From NCBI GenBank assembly GCA_051294375.1, contig CM119265.1, forward strand, positions 16,498,005-16,562,004: 64,000 nt of DNA. Direction: 5' to 3'. Made by a program: the position numbers and the translations under genes. The first letter of the stretch is position 1. Each line of letters opens with the position of its first letter. Below the pieces are notes generated by a model. The model saw only the letters and a program-made list of their open reading frames with translations. It was not told the origin of the DNA and did not search any database. Below are positions 34,201-44,346 of the stretch, one piece after another. The stretch is from Paraspadella gotoi (Eukaryota > Animalia > Chaetognatha).

Positions 34201-36868
34201 CTTCTTCGAGAAGAGAGTCGGAGACTATCAGAAGGCGGGAGTTATGAACACGCGCGAAGATCAAGTCTTCACGCTGGAAGCTGATTTTTAAATCCAAGTT
34301 CGGGTTTATTTATTGTTTGTACTATGTAGTTAGTTTATTAGTTTTATGTACTTTTATGTACATATTTTTAATTCGATTTTTTTATTGTTTTAATATACCA
34401 GTTTTATACGTTTAACTACATTTGTTTTTATTCGCTGGTTAGTGATAGCACGTTTCTAACAACGAAGTTATTATTTAAATTCACGAGGAAATTTCCAACA
34501 TCGATTTACAAGTTTTTTAAGATTACGTATATAGGTAAAATCAAAAAGAGTGTTGGACTCAAATTTTTGAAGAATCACTGGAACGGTCAATATCTCCTAT
34601 TGGTAACTTGTTTCATAAAACATTGGTTTATATTCTAATTAATTTTAATTGATTATCATTGTTTTAATTTTTATTAACCCCTTTTCCTTTTATGCAGATC
34701 AAGTGATATTATTAGAATAGCTAGTGTTAGGGTTTTAAGAGTTTTTAAGAGGTTTCAATCGTTTTAATCCGTGTGTCGTTTTATATTCGATTTTATTCGA
34801 ATACAAGGTTGATTCAGTACAATCATCATCAATTAACAAACAAACAGAGTAAGTCTGAGCAAACAAAAAACATTATAAAATAGAGAGAAAAAACAGTTAA
34901 TTAAATAAAATTAATTAATTAAAATTTAAACAATTAAAAAAATTAAAAAACAAGTTTCTGAAGAACATTATTTTTCATTGTATGTATCTTTGAGAAAGGT
35001 TTTCTTACGATTATTAAAAATTGTAGATAGGTCGTGGTATCCAAACATACTCTTAAGTTCTCTCACACTTTCCCATCGATTATATCCAAAAATCCTTCGG
35101 ACACCATCATTTACAGCAACATTAAGTCTGTTGATATTACGTACGGAAATTTATATTAGGCCCACTCTTAATCGCTTGATTAGTGCTGCAGGTTATGAAG
35201 CATATCATTATTTCTTTGAACCACTGACAAACATTAAGCCGTTCTATGCCGTATCAAGGTGAGCCATCCTACAAAAATTACAGCTCATTAAGATGAAAGG
35301 GAGAAAGGCAAACCTTTTTTATTATTTTTTAAGAAACGGTTATCATTAGCTTAGGAAAGGAGAAAACTCATGGGGAGCTCTGTTTTTTCCATCTTCTTAA
35401 AAACAAAAAGAAGAGCTAATTTGTAAACATTTCATTAGTTTAATCTGGTATGGTCAACATTAACTTAGCATTTATGACAATTAACTGACAAAAAAACTGG
35501 TTAAACTGAAAATAAATTAACATCTCACTTACCCGAAGACAAAATCATTCGCGAGACAGGGGTAGACCAAGTGTCAGGATTCAACTTGCTATCGCTAATT
35601 TCTTGAAAATGTTCTGTAAATCTGTAAACATTAAAAAAACACTTGAAATTCAGAGTCCCATTGTTAAAAAATAAATCGTTGCTCGAAATAATTTAAACTC
35701 TTTAATTCCAACAACTCGACGAAAGAAAGGATTTCATAAAATGAATAGAGATTTAATTGTAGTAATCTTCTTAAAGTGGAGGAGAAATTAAGCTCCCTAA
35801 TTACCTATGCTCGGGATGTGGAGGCTTTTGGTCCTTGAGAAGCACCGGCGTCGGCAGCGGGTCGTCCTTTTTCTTTGACATCGCCAAACGGATTCTTCTC
35901 CGCATAACCCATCTAAATTTGCCGCTCAACAACTGGTCCAAAGCCTTTTCCAAAGCATTAGTGTATCGCTTGGGCAAGCAAAGGTGACCTTCGCTCCGAG
36001 TAGGATCTTTAAAAAAATTTCAAAAAGGGATTTTATAAAAAGTTTGTGGCCCAAATATTTTCTTATGTACCGACCGGTATTGATGCCGATGACGGGCTTG
36101 CTCCGGCACAAAACTTTATTGGCGGCCAACAAAAAGATTCCGTCGCCGCCGGCCGTGAGAACGACGTCGGCGTCGTCGATCGCCTCCGACTCGTAGTCGC
36201 CCATTTCCACGATAGAACACGAAATTCCGCGAGATCTGATGTGAATGCCGAAGAATCATTATCTCCACACTGCCAAAGAAATCGATTGCAGTAACATCTA
36301 AGCAAATTGAATAATAAAGTTAACACCAACCGCAACGTCTCCGAAATTCTGTCAACGTTTGTGAGGTGAACGTCGTGACGATTAATCAAAGACCGGAAAT
36401 CCGATCCACGCGACGCCAGAATCCGCTCTAATTCGAAGTCGTCAACTCCCGGCGCCAACGACTTCTCGTACTCGTAGCGGGACATTTTCTGAGGAGGTCA
36501 AAAATAAATTTCGGGGAAATGAAACGATAAAGCTTTGCAGATTTGTATTGATAGAAAAGGATTGAAAAAGACAGAAATCGTACCTTAAGAAGGAGAGCTT
36601 TGTTGATATGTAAAGGCTGAGCTGTCGCGTCGCTATCGGCCGCGCTGCATTTTGTTTGAGCAACCGTCGAATTTTGCATGAGATCATTGAAATTACGAAT
36701 GTTTGCGCACAAAAGGGGAATTTTGCTCGTTTGGGTCCCAATATTCGGAGGTCTTTTTCTCTTACACAGAGTTCGAAACCTCCATCCGAATCTTGACGCG
36801 GGAATCATTGTGAAACTAGTTCGAACGATCACATTATATAAGTCCTGGAATGCGTGAAATGAAGGCAT
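28297..36868 (-). CDS. NADK2: Mitochondrial NAD kinase 2
   Basis: 5' exons carry [28 protein letters not shown] and RRRIRL. After a 6.5-kb intron (29010-35532, phase 1 on both sides) come [32 protein letters not shown] and [11 protein letters not shown]. Stop at 28297; an alternative ATG at 36808 is possible. Confidence 0.92.
30404..31010 (-). CDS. Putative small spliced gene nested in the NADK2 intron
   Basis: GC-richer exon-like blocks at about 30945-31005 (acidic), 30518-30838 and 30404-30466 are bounded by GT/AG and end at TAG 30404. Start not resolved and no family recognised. Confidence 0.3.
32230..32400 (+). promoter_or_regulatory. RRM2 promoter with CCAAT box and E2F-like sites
   Basis: agccaatca at about 32299, tttccccgcg at about 32235 and ttcgcgcgc at about 32356. 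NF-Y plus E2F sites are the known pattern of S-phase RRM2 promoters. Confidence 0.5.
32585..34291 (+). CDS. RRM2: Ribonucleotide reductase small subunit, nested antisense in a NADK2 intron
   Basis: D-box-like [72 protein letters not shown] and C-terminal FTLEADF. Confidence 0.97.
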
Positions 36869-36918
36869 CGAGAATGTGTGACTAGATTATTACATAATAT
36901 GAAATCATTTATCAAATA

Positions 36919-39900
36919 TCAGAATCCAGACTCAGTGGCCACCATTTCCGCGAGTCCCGCCGTGGCTTCCACCACCAAAGCTTTTAAGTTGAGAAAATGT
37001 TCCAGACTTTCCGGATCAATATCGAAAGACATTTTGATGAGCTCCCCGAGCGCCCTCACGTCTAAAGACAGTTGGAGCCGGATCTTGTCGTCGTCGGAGA
37101 CAGCCTCGACACTCGAGCCGGTGGTGGCGGAGGCCCCACCGCCCCTGGCTTTTTTTAGCCGCTTCAAAGATTCCTCCATTTTCTGGACGGAAGTGAGAAC
37201 GTCGGCGACGTGGCGCGAGTAGAGGGCGACGATCTGAGCCAAAACTCGAGCAACGATGATCTTTTTAGTCGCTTCAACGGCCGAAGTTTTTGCGCCGAAT
37301 CCCTCCAGCGGCTCCAGCATGGCACCAACGTAAGGGGAGGCTTTTGACGGCGCCTCTCTGTTGGTCTTGCGGTACTTACGTGGAACGTCATTAACTTGCC
37401 GCACAACAGAGGACGATTGAAGAAAAAGAATGCCTATTAAAAGGGTAAAAAAAGGGTCAAACAAATTTGTCATAAAAAAAGGGGGAAAATGGAAATTCAC
37501 TCACCGACGACGAACTCGACAAAAGGTTCAAGTTTAGCATCCATTTTTTTACACGATGAATCGAGACATCGAAACAAAGCCGCGCGGTCCGAAAAACCGG
37601 CGCCACGAACCCGCGGCCAGACACTCGACTCAAAAAGCGCCGTCATTGAGTCGCGGACGACACCGACGTCGGATATGAGGTCAACAACGAGCTCTAACTT
37701 GGATTCGTGATTCAGATCCGAAGGAGAGGATTGGGCGGAAGAGGATGGATTAGAAGAGGAAGAAGGGGCGCTATTGGGCGAGGGCCCGATGCTCTTCTCG
37801 ACCTTCGATTCCTTGAGATCAAGAGAAGACATCAATTCATCCATCCACTTTCCGTAACGCGACAGCAGCTGAAGAGTCAGTTTCCAAAACTTGGGCAACA
37901 GCGGGTCCAAGAAGACGGAAGGGATCCAGCAAACGTTTAGGCAAGCCAGCAGCACCGACGTTGACTTAAGTTGAGCCTGGGGAAAGATAGGTAACTAAGA
38001 TTCATTCGACTATTATCTTAAATTTAAAAAAGAAAATACAAAAAATGGGAAATTTACCGGCGAGTTGAACTCTTCAGTCTTTTTCCAACCGTCTAGTAGC
38101 GCAGTTTCGAAAGTTCCGGCAATCTCTTGAAACCGAATTTGAAAATAGACGGGCAAATTCCATTTCGAGAGAAAGGTGACGTGGGACGCGTGACTGCGCA
38201 GTCTTTTCACACTCGCTTGCGAGGCGCAAAGACCTAAAGCCAAAACAAGGTTACTTCAAATAAATACGAGATGGGAAAATTGTAAAATTAGATAGAAACG
38301 TCTACCTTCTAAACGCTCGAGAAAGGAAACGGTGACGGAATAGTTAGCGTGAAACTGATCCGGATTTCCGGGGCTAAATATGTTCTGAACTTTGGTCGTC
38401 AACAGACGTGCCACTTCCGGCCAAACGGATCCCGTCATGAAGTCGTATCCGCGCAAAATTGCTTCGTTTCCTGTTTGTGTGTGTGTGTGTGTGAGAGAGA
38501 GAGTGAAAGCCCATGAAAAATAAGTCAAGATTAAACCGTTCGAAACTCACCCGCTCTGCCCTCGGTGGCTTGACTTGAACTTACGAGATCCTTAACAGTA
38601 GAGAGGCAATCTGGTACAAATGCCAGTATCCTCGCGTAGAGAGATGTTAAAATCTTCCGAGAAAAAACATGTAAGTCATGCAATTTTTAACAAAATTTAC
38701 ATTGCGAAAGAAAAAAACCAATTAGACATACTTCCGATGTAGTCCTTCCCGCCCCGCTGGCGTATTCGTCAAAGATCGCTGAGAGTCCGGGGGTGACCTG
38801 ACTACGACGAAATATGTCCTCCGCGTCGCCTATTTTATCCATGATGACGAAGATTCTTAGTGATTGCCTAAAAATAATACATAATACAATGAAGGAAAAT
38901 AAAATGATCCAGGAAACTTTTTTTTATATTTTAATTATAAAATAAAAAATAAAAATTAGATATTAAAAAACTTTGGCTTTTTGTTATTCACATGAAACGA
39001 GTCATTTATATACAACAAAAAATTCACTTGCTGATGAAGACTCGTACCACTAAGAGTCGAAACATGAAAAGAAAACATGAAAAGAACTAAAAATTGCTGT
39101 TCCAACGAATTTTTCGTTTCATGTCTAAACAAAAATCTTAAAAGTATTGTGATCTCGCCAGACGTTACTATCATATAAAATTAATGAAAAAATCTTAAAA
39201 GTAAAAGGATCCATTGCTCATATATCATATATCAATTATTCAATATATCAAAATATCAATATTTACAAAAAAATTGATGAGATGGTAATGAATGATTGAT
39301 TGATGCGATGATTACGACTGATTGATTGATGCAATGATTACAAATGATTGATTGATGCCATCATTACGAATGATTGATTGATGTAATAATGAATGATTGA
39401 TGTGATGATAACGAATGATTGATTGATATGATGATAACGAATGATTAATTGATATGATGATAACAAATGATTGATTGATTCGATAACGAATTATTTATAC
39501 GATAATAATGAATGATAATAATAATGAATAATAATAATAATAATGAATTATTACGCTCCAACAATAATAACGAACTATTGAAGTAATGATAAATTATTGA
39601 TGCGACGATAATGAATTATTGATGCGATGACAAAGAATCATTGATGGGAAAATGTATAAAAAATTTAATGAATGTATAAAACGAAATGAAATTAATTTAA
39701 TGAAATGATTGAATAAAATAAATAAATAAATAAATGATTTGAATGAATGAATGAAATATAATGAATGAATTAAATTTAAATTTATTAAATTAAATTAATA
39801 AATTAATAAATAAAAGAATTAAGATAAATAAATAACATCAAATAAATAAATTTAAAAGTATTAACTGAATTAATTAAATTGAACAAATTTAATTAATTAA

Positions 39901-42355
39901 AAAAATTGAGATAAAAAAAGAGAGAGAACAAAAAGATAAAAAAACCGGTTTTGTAATTGTAAAAGGGAAAGCGATATATATTTAAAAAAATATAAACCGT
40001 ATTTATAACAGAGGGATATCTAATACTTAAGGGAGTGGTCTTTTCATTTAATTGAAACATTCTTTGAAATATTATACCACTTCATTGTAGGAAAGCCAGG
40101 TACTCTGGGAATGAATAAATGAACTTGTGAGAAAGTCTTGATTGAAAGTTTGCAGGGACCTGCTAACTTATTAGCTTGTAAGATTGATGGAGGCCTTAAA
40201 CTATCAAAACCTGTCCAAAGTCAGGGGCAAGATAGCCTATTTATTAAATAAATAAATAATTTGGTTATACCAATTTTAAAATTTTTTTATGCTATATTCT
40301 AATTTGCATATTACAGTTAATCATAATGTAAAGAAATATAAATATAATAAAAAACATTATTTTTAAAAATCTTGATGATGAGAAGCCATAAGCCATAAGT
40401 CCATATCTAAATTTTTGACTTCCTACAAATGTATACTTTTAAAATATCTATTTGTAAAAGTGTTACAACGACGATGATGTCACTAAGAAGCAAAAGTAAA
40501 CCTTAATATCGCCCAAGAAGGGCCTAAGCCCGTCAAGCGAGACAAAAGATATAATAGTACTATGAAAAAAATTTTTTTTTTATTTTATTTTTTACCTACA
40601 GGGATTCTATTTTCTCACCTTAGCCGTTCTGTTTCATTAGACTCTAAACAAGCCTCGAGCATCGAGGCGGCTTTTTTCGTCAAAGAATCGCCCAACACAT
40701 CGACGGTGGACCGCCTCTCCTTCAAAAAAACCAAGGCTTCAACTCCCTTTCGGTCAAACTTGAGATCAAGTTGTAACGTGACCCACTGATGGGCAGCTTG
40801 TTCCACTACGTCCCCATAATTAGCATCGCTAAAAATTTAAAGACAAAAAAATTTATTAGGATCTTTTTGGTTACCTTAAATGCCTACGCCAGATAAAGCG
40901 TGGGAACAAAACGCCAAGTATTCGGTGGCAATAAGCATTCTCGATAAAATTATCACAATAGAATATTTATTCTATTGGGAGTTACTATTCTATTGTGAGT
41001 GGCAGTGCTGCCTTAAAATATTTTCATTAATCAACGTTAAATATTTACTTTTGCCTTGAATTGCATTATTTTTAACCTCAATGTTACCGCAGAATTTTGT
41101 TTTTGTTTAAAAATGTTAGAGTTTGTTTCATTAACGTTTTATTTATTTACTTATTTTAACATTTGTTTTTTCTAAATTTGTTTTGGTTAGTCATTTTATA
41201 AATTGTTTTAGTTTTTTTTTTTTTTAGGGTTTTTGTTTTTATAGTTGAAACTGAATTTAACTTTTGTTTTTACGATGTCTTCCGAATTAGTTTTTAACAT
41301 TTTATTGATGTTACCATTTTACTGGCGTTAGTTTCTGAATTAGTTTTTAACGTTTTATTATTGTTTCTACTTTGCTGACGTTATCGTCTTTTGTTTTTGT
41401 TATATTTTTTTTTCTCAGTTTCGTTATTATTCGTTACTTATTTTACAATACGTTTTTTATTGGTTTTATTAAAATTGTTTTTTTTATATTACTATTGTAA
41501 GGGATGATTAATTGATTATTAAATAATCATATTAAATAATAATAATCATAATGATCATATTAAATAATCATCCCTTACACTATAAAAAAATTTTTAAGAC
41601 CCACAAAAAAAAGCTAATTTCCAATTAACAAAATCAAAATTACTTTGAATTTCTTCGGCCGACATACCTTCTGACGCCAGACGGACCAAGAAGAAATTGT
41701 AGCTTTTTAATTCGCTCTTCAATGGTCAGAAATCGTTGGAGAAGCCGGCGTTTTTCCCTGAGGCCATTTCTCTCGGATATAGCATCGTTCAATTTCTATG
41801 ATAAAAAAAAAAAGAAAAACTGCGGAGATTGTCACTAACCCAGAAAATCTCCAATTCACGAAAACACGACTCGTGGACTCACCTCGAGCGCCTCCTTAAT
41901 CTTGGACTGCACCTTCGAGACGTCACTTTTTATAGTGACGAGCGGACGGGAAAGATCGTCGATGGCAGAATCCAGGCCAACGAGATTAGAGGATAAGCTG
42001 ACGAAATCTTGGTAGTCTCTGTTAATTAAGTCGAACATGGAAGTTTCTAAAACGTCCAGGTAAAGGCTCAGGTCTTCTTTGAGGGTTTCCAGCGGAACCC
42101 CGGCCCGGCGATGTTTCGCAATGAAGTCGTCGACGCGAAATTGGGCATTGGCGAAATCGTCCTTGTCGAAGGAGAGCGTCGACGGGCCACTATTAAATTT
42201 AAGCAAAATAATCGATTCTAAAAGGGCTTCAAATATGAGTAACTCGGAAGTAACAAAAATAGAGCGACTTACTTTGGGAGTTGTATTTGCGCCGACGCGG
42301 CGTCTCGTGATTCAGCTTCGGCCATCCGAACGAACTCGGGCACGATCGGCGCCAT
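36919..42355 (-). CDS. COG2: Conserved oligomeric Golgi complex subunit 2
   Basis: GPSTLSFDKDDF, LINRDYQDFVSLSSNLVG, IFSPGNPDQF, KWNLPVYFQIRFQEIA, DVPRKYRKTNRE and SDDDKIRLQL. The ATG is at 42355 or 42325. Confidence 0.94.
39027..39071 (+). ncRNA. Second Penelope-type hammerhead relic (cleavage triplet mutated)
   Basis: CUGAUGA-A, stem II gacuc/gaguc, then GAAACAUG; UC/UA is replaced by AA. Lies in a COG2 intron, antisense to the host. Confidence 0.5.
39288..39760. repeat. Minisatellite (~26-bp unit built on GATT) grading into ATGA/AAT microsatellites
   Basis: Repeated tgattgattgatg..atgat(t/a)acgaa units at 39290-39490, followed by low-complexity tracts. Confidence 0.85.
40021..40277 (+). 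repeat. Dispersed ~265-bp repeat, family A copy 3
   Basis: Aligns with 9361-9626; lies in a COG2 intron. Confidence 0.9.
41496..41579. repeat. Short palindromic element (15-bp inverted ends)
   Basis: tgtaagggatgatta ... taatcatcccttaca. Confidence 0.65.
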
Positions 42356-42837
42356 TAATACGCCGAAAATCGGGATATTTTAACACTGGAATCATATCAT
42401 GACAAAAGGCACATTAAAATCCGTATAAAAATAATCAAAGATTAACGAAAAATATCGTAAAATTTTTAAATGCAAAAAGTAATAGGAATTTAAGATTGGT
42501 GACTGACATGAAAGAGTTTTCTTTTAAGTAAAATTCACAAAAATCAATAATATTTTTTAAAAATATACTAAAGTCACGTCGCCAAATTTAAATAAAATGA
42601 TACATTATGCAAATAATACAATATGCAAATAATTTATTTGCAACTATCATGAGGCAAACACGGAAGTTTAAAAATTACATCAAATAAAAAAGGCACTCTT
42701 CAGTCTTCATATTTCACTACCAGACAGAATTATATGATTCAGGATTCAATCAGTCTTTCTCCTGAAAAAAAAACAAAAAAACAACAACAAAACCAAATAA
42801 AAACAAAAAACTGGTCCTGGAAAGTATCAAGGACAAT

Positions 42838-44190
42838 TCACCAAAGATTTTTCATCTTCAACTGTTTGTATTTATCGCGAATATGATATTTGGTCCTTAG
42901 AGGATGAAATTGATCTTTGTACTTGTCGTAAATATTTTTCCATTGTCCGGGACCGATGTCGGAGACGGCCTTCTTTAGTAATTTGATCTCCTCTTCGGAC
43001 CAGGGAAGGGGCGAGGCTTTGGTGTAACCGGACTTCGGCGGATACGGCGCCACTGGACGAGAATCGGTTCGGCCACGCGTCAAATGGACGCCCCTCTCGG
43101 CGATAGTCGCGATAGTTTGTTTCGCCAAGGCTAGATCACTGCTACACCTATTTAACTGGCGCTCGAGGCGATAGATCTTTTGATCGCGACGTTGACGAAC
43201 GATTTTGAGGCGTCGTATTTCGTTTGCGGCGGCTTTCAGTTTGGACTGCAGAACCTCGGAAGAGTCCTCATGTTCAGGCAGGTACTCAGATTCGTCGAGG
43301 TCCATGTGATCTGGTTCTGGAGCCGCGACTTCGGAAGCGTCCGCGTCGAAGACGCTGGGATCTTCTGCGTTGGCTTCCATCTCAAAGTCTACATCGCAAT
43401 CTCCGGGAGCTGAGGCACCGTTGGCGTTTGTGAAGGCAATGCTATTTGCGGCTACGAGGGAACTGCTCTGGCGAAACTGAATCTCTATTGACTTAGCATT
43501 TGACATCCTGGCGAAGCATTCCAGCTTCGCTGCGGGATGTCCCATGTTTGTCGTCGTTTTCGAAGTCGGCAGTTTCGGCGTCGCCGGGGCCGCAGGTTGC
43601 GAAGTCGAACGATGATGAGTCGCTTCCGTGGTTTCGCTTACATGTTCTCCCACAATGTCATGGTACCCTGGGGACCGGGGGTCTTTTTCTAAATGGCTTC
43701 GTACTCCACTCTTTAGCCTCCATATTCGATTCTTTATGCATCGCTTTGTGAGTTCCAACTCGCAGAGAAAACAACGCCACTGATCCGACGTTGTCGGCGT
43801 CGAGCCGCAGCGCCGACAAAAGGCGTGACAGCACGAGGCGCACGTTACCGGAGCGTCTTCATAGTCGCACGTATTACAGACTCGTTCGTCGGCGGAAGAT
43901 TCTTCTTTGAGATTTTTGTCCACGATACGAGATGTATGACGGGGGTCATTGGGCTCTTTGACACTGGGAGATGATCCAGAAACATTTTCGACGGACTGAA
44001 ATTGCGAAATCATGGAAGTTAATTCAAGCTGTGAAGAATACTCTGGAGACCTCGAATCCTCGATACTCTCGTTGCTTACATCCTCGTTTTCGTTCTCGTC
44101 TCTCTTCTTCGTATTCAAGTTAGAGTCGACCGGACTATGAGTTTTTCCGTCTTGAACGACATTTCGAAAGTTTTCGAAGAGATTCAACAT
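42838..44190 (-). CDS. Single-exon protein: ADD/PHD-like zinc finger, coiled coil, C-terminal telobox (TRF-type) Myb domain
   Basis: CNTC..VTCASCCHAFCRRC...QWRCFLC, heptad region LQSKLKAAANEIRRLK...LERQL, and WSEEEIKLLKKAV..IGPGQWKNI...RTKYHIRDKYKQL. Confidence 0.8.
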   Translation of the reverse strand: MLNLFENFRNVVQDGKTHSPVDSNLNTKKRDENENEDVSNESIEDSRSPEYSSQLELTSMISQFQSVENVSGSSPSVKEPNDPRHTSRIVDKNLKEESSADERVCNTCDYEDAPVTCASCCHAFCRRCGSTPTTSDQWRCFLCELELTKRCIKNRIWRLKSGVRSHLEKDPRSPGYHDIVGEHVSETTEATHHRSTSQPAAPATPKLPTSKTTTNMGHPAAKLECFARMSNAKSIEIQFRQSSSLVAANSIAFTNANGASAPGDCDVDFEMEANAEDPSVFDADASEVAAPEPDHMDLDESEYLPEHEDSSEVLQSKLKAAANEIRRLKIVRQRRDQKIYRLERQLNRCSSDLALAKQTIATIAERGVHLTRGRTDSRPVAPYPPKSGYTKASPLPWSEEEIKLLKKAVSDIGPGQWKNIYDKYKDQFHPLRTKYHIRDKYKQLKMKNLW

Positions 44191-44346
44191 GTTTTACTTT
44201 TAAAGACTAACTTAGTACTATGTTTTTGGTCGAGGAAGTAAGCCTTTACTGGCGAAACAAACAAATATAACCGAATAAGTAAAACCAAAAAATAAAATAA
44301 ATTGGGAAAACAAGACATTAACAGTCTACTCCTAAATTTTAGCGAG

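Noticed and set aside
39288-39490. CRISPR-like array
   Set aside because: Units are head-to-tail degenerate repeats without unique spacers, in a eukaryotic intron, with no cas genes.
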